DNA from: Lama guanicoe
Lineage: Eukaryota
Length of the DNA stretch: 64,000 nucleotides
Assembly (NCBI GenBank): GCA_013239625.1
Contig: MU054220.1
Span: 7,351,367-7,415,366, forward strand
Direction of reading: 5' to 3'
A program made the translations under genes and the position numbers. This document shows positions 38,105 to 50,043 of this stretch, piece after piece. The notes under the pieces were generated by a model. That model had not been told where the DNA came from. It saw only the letters and a program-made list of their open reading frames with translations, and did not search any database. Each line of letters begins with the position of its first letter. Positions within the stretch are counted from its first letter, which is position 1.

Positions 38105-39379
38105 TCAAATCTATGTGAATTTAGTAAGCGCCTGGACAGTGGAAGTGCTGAAGGAGGAGTCAAATCTGTGTGACTGGTGCTATTAACAGTTATTTTAAGG
38201 GAAAGGTGACAAATTCTATTTTGGATGTGATGGGTTTATACTGTCAGTGGCCTTTGGGCAAGATTTCCAGATGGAGACGTTAAGAGGTTGATTAGAAATG
38301 TGTTTCCAAAAAAGGGGCTGATATCAAGAAAGAGAGGTGCAAAAGACCAGAATTCGTCTGATTCTGACTAAGAGAGAACTTCACCTTGAATACTTTGAAT
38401 TGATGAATCGCCCCCATTCAAATAACCAGGCTTTCAACTTGATCAAAGTGTCGTGGAGATTTGGTTTCCTTCAGTTTGCTGTGATTTCTAGTCATATATA
38501 TTTGTGCTCTCTTCACAGCTTGGATGGGGTTTAACAAGGACCAGCATTGCACTGTTTCAGTATGATCCGGGTTAGAAAGTTACGTTCAGCAGAAAAGCTG
38601 TTCTTAGGCAATTTTCCTGTCCAATTTACAAATCAAGGAGTTCTGATCTGTTTTCTAAACTTGAGGTGCTCATTCTAGCAAACAGAAATGGATATACTGC
38701 TTGTTAACCTTCATAGTCTACTCAGCTGTTCTTTCTTCCTTAGAGCAAAATGATTTAGGGTAGTAATATGAAAGGAAATGAACTAACATGATATAAAAAA
38801 TGGTGCATAACTGGGAACCTTAACTAAGTTCAGAGTTGCTGCTGATTACTTTCCGATCTCATTCTTTATTTGCAAATGCCACTGCCTCATGGCCACTGAG
38901 TTCTTATTATATTATTGCATCATTAATCATTATAGGAATCCCAATACAGCTCCAGGATAAACACAGGCATGCTCTATCTTTCACTTACGTCTCGTGATGT
39001 CTCTCCTTTCCTTCATTATCGTATTGGAGCTTGCATTTAAATAGCCACTTGTTTCTGAAATATTTTCAAAGTGCTTTATGATCACTGATGTGAAACTCTC
39101 TGGGGAGAAAAGCAACAAATATTTGGAATTGCATTGGAAGGTGCATTTAGAGTTTAGAATGGAAAACCTCACATGCATTTGAATGGGGGGAAGATTCAGT
39201 AGGTTAGATGGACTCATGCTTGTATTTAACAAGGCAGTGAAAATGTGATATCCCAGTGGAAAATAAAATTTAACATTAAATGAAGTCGTCTGGTCACTTA
39301 TGCACTATAAGTGTAAGGAAATTAATGCTTTACAAATCTGACCTAATCAAAAAAATATACAAATAGATAACATGGAAAA

Positions 39380-39740
39380 TATTTAGTTAACAAATATTTA
39401 TTAAGAATGTGTTATAGGCTGGGTACTACATTAAGTGCTCTGATATATTAGCAAGCAAACAAAGCAAAGATCATTTTTACTGGGGTAAAACAGGCACTAA
39501 ACTGTAGAGAAAATGAATAAATACTGTATGTATTAAAAGCAAAGAAATACTTTAGGAGCAAAATTTTAGAACAGGAAAAATGGGATTGATTATGAGGTAA
39601 AGGCAGACAAGCTGTCATTTTAAATGGTTTGATCAGGGTAGGTGTCACAGAGAAGGTGAGATCTGATAAGAGAATGAAAGGAAAGAAGGAGTTAGCTGTG
39701 TAGCTATGAGAGGGGAGGGAAGGTTGCATAGCAGGAAGGG
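39380..39740 (-). mobile_element. L2 LINE 3' fragment
   Basis: 'ttaacaaatatttattaag...gatcagggtaggtgtcacagagaaggtgagatctga'. Confidence 0.7.
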
Positions 39741-39889
39741 AATGTCGCTGAAAATACTAGTATAAGTCCAATTCATTATGAATTACACCTTCCATTAACA
39801 GGCTTTAACTGCATACAGAAAATGACCTCCATTCAGGTAGATAATTTAATAGATTTCCCTGTATTTAAGCTCTTTTCTTCTACAGCAAT

Positions 39890-40097
39890 AGTTGTTAAAT
39901 CATACCCAGGGGCTAATTCTGGCTCGCTGCTTATTTTTGTAAATTTTTGTAAATACATAAAGTTTTATTGAACATATTGTATGTGGCTACTCAATTCATG
40001 CTGCAATGGCAGAACCGAGTATGAACAGAGAACGTTTCCCTTGCAAAGCCGAAAACATTTACTTTGTGGTTATTACAGAAAAGCTCGTCAACTCCTC
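39890..40097. mobile_element. MER58A-like element
   Basis: 'taaagttttattgaaca...gcaaagccgaaaacatttact...tacagaaaagctcgtcaactcct'. Confidence 0.65.
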
Positions 40098-41079
40098 TTC
40101 TATGATATTCAATATATCATAAAATGAATGAATCAGAACTCCTCTAAGATCCTTGAAGACAATGCTTTAAATGGGAGATCATAAACTTTTTGAGAAATTT
40201 GGGTGTGACTCTGAGCAAGTTACTTAACTTCCTTTATACTGGGTTTCCTTCAATACCTACTTCATAGAGTCCAGGGGGTTAACTGAGATGATGTATTTGG
40301 TGTGCCAGCCCAGAGATGATCTGACTCATGCAGTAAAACTCAATAATCTAAATATAACTAAGGCTATTTGTTTTAAGTTATTGCTATAACATATTACCAC
40401 AAACAAAATGATTTAAAACAAAACCCTTGTGATCATATTGGGCCCACAAGGATTATACAGTATAACTCACCATCTCAAGGTCCACTGATTAGCAGCATTT
40501 ACTTCATCAGCAGACTTAATTCCTCTTTGTTGTAATACCTAACCTATTCACAGGTTGGGGATTAGTATCTGGATGTCTTTGGAGGACCATTATTTTGCCC
40601 ACAACCCGTTAAAGGCCACCATGTATCTTGCCAAAGGCCATTCAGCTAACCGCCTGTAGAGTCAAGAGTAGGACAAATGTGTCCTGACATTTGTTGAATG
40701 TTAAATATCCTTTTAAATTATTTTATGCTGCCTTCAGTAGTGGAAGACATTTACTTAATTTGACAGAAGGCACTGAAGCTGCACTACATTAATAGAATAT
40801 ATTTTCTTTAAAAAAAATCTGATTATTTATTTTAAGGCTCTCTTCCACCAGGACCTCATTAGCATCTGAGAGACGGCACAGTCAAAAAGGAAGAAATGTT
40901 TACCAACGCTGTAGGACTCTGTTCTAAGCTTTGACTGAAATAGGCTTGCTTTATTAAATTCTAACCACGGGTCAAGGTGAGCTTAGATCAGGAAACAGCA
41001 TAAAGGTGGGAAAAACAAAACTGTACCTCTTCTAAACACTCAAAAATGTTTTCCTCCAAAACAATGAGGATCTTCAGGA

Positions 41080-41558
41080 TGGTGGCAGAGGCCACCAGAT
41101 GCCCCCCTCCTCGGTGCCCATTTTCTTTTTATGTAGTAATATGAGTCCTACCTGAGCACATGGCTACACATCTAGCCATACTGTACCTTCTCCCATGCAC
41201 CTAAATGTGGCCATGTGACTAGGTTCTGTTCAATAGCACATCCACAAATGAGGTGAGCACAAGATCAGGGCCATGGCCATAAAAGAAAGAGTACACTTCT
41301 TCCCCTCCCTTTTTATCTCCACATTGTCTCTGCTGCAGGTCTAGGTAAAAGTGGTACCTTTAAAACACGATCTGTGTACTACATGTGGAGGAAGACAAAG
41401 GCCAAAAGACAGAAAAATGAATGTGTGATCTCTTTTACCCTCCGTGACAGCCTTGAATTTCTATGTAAAATAAAAATAAAATTGTGTATTACATAAGCCA
41501 CTTTGTTTTGGGGTCTCTTGTTACAGAGGCCTGGTCAGCATCCTTACTGACTAATACA
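41080..41558 (+). mobile_element. Old ERVL/MaLR-type LTR
   Basis: 'tgtggccatgtgactaggttctg...aaataaattgtgt...aagccact...ggggtctcttgttac...tgactaataca'. Confidence 0.6.
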
Positions 41559-41744
41559 TTCCCTTGGTGAGTATACCTCATCCCTCAAATATAATTCTAC
41601 ATCCATACCATCAACTGATCCATGTTCATGTCTAGAAACTAGCAAGTCAGTTAAAATGGAAGCCAGCAAATAAAGACCAAACATAAATGGTGCTTGGAAG
41701 CATGAGATTCTTTTGGTGATGAGTAGCTTTCTAGAAGGAAAAGT

Positions 41745-41876
41745 GGGGGGAGGGTATAGCTCAGTGGTAAGCATGCATTTAGCATGCACGAGGTCCTGGG
41801 TTCAATCCCCAGTGCCACTGTTAAATAAATAAATAAACCTAATTACCACCCCACCCCCCCGAAAAAAACAAATAAG
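41745..41876 (+). mobile_element. tRNA-Ala-derived SINE (camelid Vic-like)
   Basis: 'ggggagggtatagctcagtggt...ttagcatgcacgaggtcctgggttcaatccccagt' with A and B boxes, then 'aaataaacctaattacc' tail; flanking 'aggaaaag' repeat at 41736-41743 and 41877-41884. Confidence 0.85.
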
Positions 41877-41915
41877 AGGAAAAGGGCCTTTGCTGTTGTT
41901 CACGTTTAAAAAGAC

Positions 41916-41940
41916 AAAACAAAACAAAACAAAACAAAAC
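41916..41940. repeat. (AAAAC)5 microsatellite
   Basis: Direct reading. Confidence 0.9.
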
Positions 41941-42990
41941 CAGAATGTCTTCGTGACTATTTCATCATTTTTAAAATTTCCTAGTTAGCTCTAAAACGTG
42001 TAGGTCATTTTAAAAGCTACAAACGTGTTGACACTATAAATAGAACAGAAGGAGGAATTGAAAGGAATCTATTCATAATTTCACACGGATTTGCAGTTTG
42101 GAACACATTCCTACTCATTGCTCAAACACAATCAAGAAAGAAAAAATGTGCCCAAATAGTTTAAGCTGTTACAGGACTACTGAACTCCAAAGGACAAAAA
42201 TTAGGAGAGTGTATGTACAGTGTTTTAGAAAGGATAGTATATTGTACTGCTTAAGATTATTGGGCCAGTTCTGGGGTCAGGAAGACCTAGCTTTCATCCT
42301 CAGCTTTGCCATCATCGTGCCCTGTCGACTTGAGCGAGTTGCTTCAACTCTGTGTCTGTTTCCTAATCTGTGCAATGAGATAACCCTACAGCTCTTCCTT
42401 TCTATGGCAGTTACAAGAATGTGTTATATATCACACATAGACAAGTGCCAAGCCAACCGTAAACACACAGCAAAAATTAGCTGATAAAACTGGTGTTAAT
42501 ACTAGTAGCTTTAACATGTGTTTATTCACTAAAATCCAAATTTGGCCAGCTATCAGAATTACCAGACGAACTTGAATTTAAAGTTTCGTCTACAGAAGTT
42601 TTGATTCAGTAAGTCTGGATGAGGCTCTCTGAATTACGTTTTTTTCAACTTCAAAATTTGAGTAGTTACTGTGATAGCGCGATGCCATCCATCTGGCATT
42701 TGGTAGCCTCTTACTTTGACTACCAAGCCAGATAGAGCTCTGCGCCAGTAATGATAATAATGGCATGCATTGCATTTTAGACAACACTTCTTTTTTTTCC
42801 AGTTCACAATCACCCTTGAAGTGTGTTAATATCCCCATTTTACACATAAGAAAATTAGAAATGTTGCTTGTTCATTCAAATAGATTAGAAACTAAAAATC
42901 TTTTATATCTATGATATTTTAGAAGATGTATATATAACATTTTAAGCAGATCCGAAGGAAGAACTAGGCTCACCTAGGGACTTTTAATAT

Positions 42991-43114
42991 TTTCTTCTTG
43001 GGGGGGTAATTCAGTTTGTTTGTTTGTTTGTTTCGATGGAGGTACTGGGGATTGAACCCAGGACCCTGTGCTTGCTAAGCATGCACTCTACCACTGAGCT
43101 ATATCCACCCCTCC
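42991..43114 (-). mobile_element. tRNA-Ala-derived SINE (camelid Vic-like)
   Basis: 'ggaggtactggggattgaacccaggaccctgtgcttgctaagcatgcactctaccactgagctata' is the reverse complement of the SINE head. Confidence 0.85.
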
Positions 43115-43865
43115 TAATTTTTTTCTTTTTTAGTTCTTCTTTTCATTGATACAAATCTTGAAATTTTAAGAAACTTAATTTTGTGTTTACGGCTCATCAG
43201 GAATCCTTATGTCAGTGTGAGTTTCTTGCTAATATCCAGGCTGCACATGAGTAAGTGAGCCTGAAAGTGAACATTCAGCGTGAGTTGGAAATGTGAAGGG
43301 AACCAGGGATCTTTCCGAACTCAGATTGAGAAAATCACAGAGGGTTTGTGTGTTGGATGCGCCACGGCAAGTCTGTTTTAGAGTATTCTTACCATTTCTA
43401 TTTTCAAGAGAAAGTCAAATTCTAAAGAGGCATTTAGAAGGAAAAGAACAAGAAAGGGCCTTTTCAGGCTGATCTGAAACTTGATGGGCTCAGTAAAAGA
43501 AAAGCAGCATTTTGTTCTTAAGGTTTGACTTCCAAAGACTGTATATCTTTGAAAAAATGGTCATAAATTTTTAAAATATATATCTGAGAAAAACCTATCT
43601 TTCTGAGTCAACAAGTGAAAACTCTAGTTATTTAAATGGTGCATCGTAAACCACTGTGGTGTTAACATATCAGACTTACTCAAAACTAACCGCTCTTTCT
43701 GGCTAGTCTCAGATCTCCAGGGGTCAGTCAGTCAGTCCATAACTTTTGTTAAGGAGCAACCTAGGGTGGCTAGTAATTTAAATGACTGAAACCAAGAGTT
43801 CACTCTACTACTTCAGAAGACCCTTGCCCAGCCAAAGTACCTTCAGGACTTCTCTACTCTAGGAC

Positions 43866-44328
43866 TGTATTAGTTAGAGTTCTCCAGGGAAACAGAACCC
43901 CGTAGGATGCATGTAGATATAAAAGAAGACTTATTATGAGAATTGGCTTGTGAAGTCGTAGAGGCTGAGATATGCCACAATATGTCATTTACAAGCTGGC
44001 GAACTAGGAAAGCTGGTGGTATAATTCAGTCTGAGGTCAAACCAGGAGAAGCAGGAGCTCTAATGTCTAGGGGAAGGAAAACGCTGGACAGCCCAGCTCA
44101 AGAAGAGAGAGAGGAGAGGTGTCCTTCCGAAACCTTTCTGTTCTCTCTGGGCCCCTCGGTAGAGTGGATGAAGGTGCTCACCCACATTGGTGCCCACCCA
44201 CTTCTTTACTTACTGATTCAAATGCTACTCTCTTCTAAAAGCATCTTGACACACCCAGAAATAAAATTTACTAGCTGTCTGGGCATCCCTCAGCCCCATC
44301 AAGCTAACAGATAAAATTAACCATCACA
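43866..44328 (-). mobile_element. MLT2-like (ERVL) solo LTR
   Basis: 'tgtattagttagagttctccagggaaacagaacc...aaaattaaccatcaca' complete ends; 5-bp flanks AGGAC/AAGAC (4 of 5 match). Confidence 0.85.
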
Positions 44329-47300
44329 AAGACAAATTTCCCAACTTTGGTTAGCCTTGGCCAACTAATCTCTGGATGCTTCTGACTTTGGCCTCTCAGT
44401 TCCTCGTTCTTCAGCCACTAGTGCCGAACTCTGAACCCCATCCTACCTACCCACCTGCTCTCATGTGCACACATCTGTGTGAATTTGGCTTTGACTGGAG
44501 ACTTACTCAGTCTAGATCTTTCAGTATCCCAACTATCTCGTTGCTGCCCTTAAGTCCAGGCTCTATATAGCCTGAGCATGGAGAAAATTTCCTTCTTTCC
44601 TCTTTTCTTTATTGATGCAAAAATGCAAATTGTAGACATGCAAAATCTAGGTGACTATGTTTGACTAAAGGAAAGTTCAAATCCAGTTTTACACTCTCAG
44701 TGAATTCTTCCTGAACACCTGGAGTGTAGGCATTTGATTGACGGTCATCTTAAAACCACTTATGTGCCATTAAAGCCATCGAAGTTTTCACGATTATGCT
44801 AGGTACTAAGATATAAAGAAAATCCACCATTTTATGAATTTCCTGGATCATATGACTTTGGACCTTGCTTAACAATGTATTTAACTAGTACATTAAGTTG
44901 TGTAAAATTGCAAAGCTGCTGGTTCTAACTTTAGTGTTCTTTTGAAAGTTATATATGCTAACCTAGTGAACCCTAGGTTTGTTCTTCCTCTAATGTATAG
45001 AACAGGTTTACTGACACTGAATTGGCCAAGTGTGAAACTAAGTGAACAGTAAAGAGAAAATAAAATTGTTATTTTTCTATTACTGGCCACGTGGTCTTGG
45101 GCAATTCTCTCAGTCCCATGATCTATACAATGATAATACTGAAGTTTTTTAATATCTTACTAATCTGAAAGCAAGATTTTAGGTAAAAATAAAAATTTGA
45201 TAGGTTACATTAGGAAAACTAAATCATGTGACAATATTGTGAAAAGATATACAATGAACAATGAACAAAACGTCTTCTCTCCAGAAATATTTTTTTAAAG
45301 TATGTCACCCAACAATTAAGATACCTTATTGAAACATGGTGTGACATACAACTGAAATAACAACAAAGAAGGGTCAGAGGATACCCCAAGCCTATCTCAA
45401 TAATCAGGAATTGCACTCTTACATGCAGAGTTAGAATTTATATTTGGCCCTGTAGTTGATATCAACGTGTTGCCTTCTCAGACCTCACTCCCACTGTGTT
45501 TTAAGAAATCCTTGTACCCACATCAACATGTATTTGGTAAAATACGAAATAGTCAACTTGGCCATTTATCAGATGTTGAGTGGGCATTGGATATAAACTA
45601 AATCAGATTCCCTCTCTTGGTAGCTGGATATACAGCATATTAAATGGAAAGCTCACTGGGGACATGTTTTCTACCATCTAGAGATAAAAAAAGCACTGGG
45701 GAACAGTCTCTAGAGTTGAAGAGAATTTTAAAAAATGAACATGCTGAGATAGAAAAAGCAGAAGTTGAAAGAAAAAAAGGATAACCTTGAAAACAGTCAT
45801 CTTACTGTTTCTAGTTTATTCCAGGGACCCAGCTACAGTCTTCATATAAAGTGTCAAAACCGTCCTTCCCTGGTATGTTAAAATGTAGAAAATAAAAGAA
45901 AATATGTATAGTTATATACATTTGCAAACCTTCCCCTGTTTAACATAACCATTGAGATCATCTCTCTTCCTTTTCCTCTTTTTCTTCACTTTCTAAGTTG
46001 GTTACACATTTTTCAGTAAAGTTTCTTGGCTTTGTATTATTGATTCTGAGTGATTGGTAGATAGACTTGAAATATTAGAAAGAAGAGACTTCACACTGGA
46101 AAGGGGATTAAAAACAGACAGGACTACCAGAATTTGGAAAAAGGGAGGAGGGGAGAAATGGGGAAGATCTGATTGGAAGTGAGCTCTGAAGGTGTTGAAG
46201 GAGGGGCTACCAGCTGGCCTCAGTTTAACAGAGGATTGAAAGTGGAAGATTTTATGAAATACTTCTGTGAATGATAAATCACATCTCTTTGAATTCATTT
46301 AAGAGACTTCAGTAAAGATTTGAATTTTTTTTTAATCAATAATCATAGATCAAAGTAGATTTCTAGTCCGCATTGCTTTGAATGTGCCAGGATGGGTCTA
46401 CATAATATTCCAAACTTTATTCAGGCCATACTTATGAAAAATTCTGGCTTGTTCTTGCATGAGTTTAAATCATATTTTATTACTTCCAAACAGAAGAACC
46501 CTAATTAATATCATATCTGTTAATGTCTACGTTATATACCTGGCTGGATAAACATAACACTTTGTGTAGATGAAAAAAAAGGAGAATGCTACACACATTT
46601 ATTGACAATATATTGTTATCATGGTAATGATCACGAAAGAATAGAGATATTTCCAGTCTCCTCATGTTACATAATATTAGGATGGATAAAGCTGGACAAG
46701 ACTGTGTAAATTATTTAGCTCAGTGCCAGAGAGGTAGAGATGTATCTCCAAGACCGTTTCATAGGTGAGGTTAGAAACCGAGGGGATTGGTACTCAGTCT
46801 TAGTCTTTTTCCAATCACTTCCAGTCTTTGCCCTGCTGCCTGAAAAGTGTAATTATCTTGGATGTATGCAAAGGCATTTACTTGGGAAGGTTGCAGAGAT
46901 AAAATTATCCTCCTGAGAAACATTCTAGACGTTTTGGAGGGAACGTGTTCAAGCCATTACACACTGAAGGACGTTCCATTTGACGTCTGCATGCAGGACG
47001 AGGCATTGTGTTCAGAAACGATCACAACCAGGGCTGCTTCGCGCCCTGTAGGAGCCACAGGCTGCTTCAGGCTAGCAACAGTGGATTGGAGTTCTAATAT
47101 TTTCCAAGAAAAAGTGGATAAATATAGATATTGGAATCTTCTACACAACTAGTTAAGTTATGTTCCCAGTAATTATTCTGTTAGATGATAGCTTGAAGGT
47201 GAAGGTAGAGGTCTTTTTCAGAAGAGTGAAAATTGGTTTTTTTTCCCCTAAACTCTCTTTGTTCAGGTTGAAATCTTAGAAACTATACAGTCACCTTTCC

Positions 47301-49002
47301 TAAGTCCAGATGAGTGAGACATAAAAAGTTTCCTGTCTTTGGCTACTTATTCCACATTTTCCAATAGTCCTACTTACAAATATTGCCTAAACAGACCACT
47401 TCTGGATTTTTGGACTTGTCAATCAAAGCCAATGCACCCATGACCCTTTTAAACCCAAAGTAAACCCACCACCGTTGAACAGTTAAATAAGGGATGTCAG
47501 TTTTACAAATGTGGTCTCCTTTTCCTCATTTGTTCCCAAACCTGAAAGATTTTTTCCTCAAAGATCATTTCTGGTAACATTGAGTATAAAAAACTTGGAC
47601 TTTTCTCACTTTAGAGAAGTTTGTAATAAACACAAATTAGAGGGTTTGAATTCTGCTTTGATCTGTTATACTCAACAACCATTATACAAATACTCAGCTC
47701 CTAAACAAATTATATGTGGGTACAATACCGGCTGACTCAAATGTCCTTGTGTGACAAATATGGAATCCCTGGTAAATACATTAAGCATGATGACTCAGGC
47801 TTGAGCTGAAATATTTAGCATCTACTAAATATGCAAAAATACTGTTTTCTGCCCTAGATGGGCTGTAAAGAAAGCTTCTTCAAGACTGTGTGACCTAGTT
47901 GGGGAGCATCAACCCACATCAAGATTTCTACATGCTACTTGAGAGTATAATCTCGTGTTAGGAGCAGGGAAGTGATCAGTGTAAAATTGGATTGCTCTCT
48001 GAAAGCTTCTTGGAGGTGGTCAGCTCGAAGAATATATGACCGAGCCCCCACCGATGTGAGGGTTTTTACAGAACGACTGGCTTCATCAGATAACCTCCAA
48101 AGGCGTTTCTCCAGAATGACAGAGAAACTTTAGGGAGGTCTTTAGTTTAATCAAGATATGAGTAAATTACATCCTCTTCATTTATACTCTTCTCTCTCTC
48201 TCTTTTTTTCTTCCTTCTTTACAATGTGAGTAAAGAGTTGGCAGGCATAAAATTCAGGGAGACACGTACAATGCTGTTTTTAATCTTTCTCTTTCAATAT
48301 GCTTATAAATAGCATGGTAAACTGTGAACCTCTTTCCTTTAAAAATGCTGATACCCCGAGGGCTTAGTCAGTTTCAAGTCTTTTGCAGGAAGCTGAATTA
48401 CTTGAGTTTCTTTGAAATGAATACAGTTATTAAAATAGCAGTGATTGTAGCTGCTTGGCGAATTGGCACCAAAAATTGGTGCAGCCTGTGAGTTTTTCTC
48501 TACAAGTCACATGCACAGAAACGTGTCCGTGTAAAGATGTCAACAGAGTGTAGTTACAACAGATGGAAACGGGCCAGTTTTCTCTGTCCTTATTAACTTT
48601 AGCTTGGTTTGATACTGTTTGAAAACAGAAGTAACACTTTTTTTTTTAATTAAAACAAAACAATGATCTGCTTTTGCAGTGACGCTTTTAAAAGTAATAA
48701 AAATCTCAAAATGTGCTATTACTTCTGAGTTTTGAAGAAGAGAGAGTTCTTCTAACAACATGGTACTTTATGACGATTCCAATACTGTGTTCCTTCTGGG
48801 TAGGATTTTGAATTCTCCTGAGTGGAGGTTATTATCTTACACTGGCTGTGAAGCTCCTTCCATAGAAAGCATGGAATGATATCTTAAGAATAACCTTATT
48901 GTTTCCAACACTTCCTACACACTAGGACAAAAATACCATTAGAACAGAGTTCCAAACTCAATCCTCAACCTCCTAGTTTTGTCTTTAGCTACAAAACAAG
49001 GG

Positions 49003-49006
<4 letters not shown>

Positions 49007-49033
<27 letters not shown>
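49007..49033. repeat. (AC)13 microsatellite
   Basis: Direct reading. Confidence 0.95.
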
Positions 49034-49859
49034 TGAATGTGCTCACATACAGCTCATTTGCATGTTTAAGCAATTCTGAAACCCTCATATAGGATCTTCA
49101 AATGTCTGAGTTCACATATGCTCAGCTAACAATCTCACAGCTTCATTAATGATTTTTTTTTGCTCTTTTTTTCTACTTCTGAGTTTGTCCATCCACTCCA
49201 TATCTCTAGCTTATTTTATTCTATTTTATTTTTTTCTCTTCTCGCTTTTTGCCATGCTTCAATCTACACTTTCCCTTCTGGTCAATGTTTCTGCCTTATG
49301 GCTTCCCAAATGTGTTTTTTTTCTTTTTTCTTTTTAACTTTTACTACGTTGTGGGTTATATTCAGTGACTGCTTCTTTTTCTTCATAATAAAGTATTATT
49401 ACTCTACTGAAGAAAAATTCAGGGCACACTATCTTCTGAAAGGTGTTCTCAGTATTAGCAAGAATCCTAAGCTGTCAGCATATTCCCTGTCTACTCAGTG
49501 TTGTCCTGCTCAAGGCAGTATTTTAATTTTATTTTTATGGCACACTCATTATTTGTCATGACTAACATATTAGGAGGCAAGCATTTTCTCTCTCTCAGGT
49601 ATACGCTGTTTCTAATTTATTGTCACATACTCAGTTGAAACTCATTATTACTATTACCATGGATAAGTGGTCACTTAATTTTTGTGAAATATGAAAATAA
49701 GAGACATAGACTATGAATACAGAAGAGTCTATGGGACATGTGCTGACTATCCACTTGCATCTTTTCATGTATTTAATTATAATTATGCACCTTTTAAAAA
49801 GCATTATGCTTTTAGTGTTTGAAAATAAAATTTCTGAATAAGTAAGACTTTATCTGAAC

Positions 49860-50043
49860 CAGGACTTCTCACTGTAGTCAGTGTACAAATTACCTGGAGA
49901 TCTTTTAAAACACAAATGCCTGGTCCCAACCCTGATGTATTCTGATTTTGTATGTCTATGTAGGGCCCATGGATTTAAGTTTTAAAACAAATCCCAGAAA
50001 TTCAGTGCTGTTGGTCTGAGGGCCACATTCTGAGCAGAACTGA
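49860..50043. mobile_element. MER5A-like element
   Basis: 'aattacctggagatcttttaaaacacaaatgcctgg...ttctgatt...ggtctgagggccacattctgagcagaactg'. Confidence 0.75.

Noticed and set aside
41745..41820. tRNA-Ala(AGC)-like sequences here and at about 43036-43110
   Set aside because: They carry SINE tails, flanking repeats and stem-breaking substitutions, so they are SINEs rather than tRNA genes
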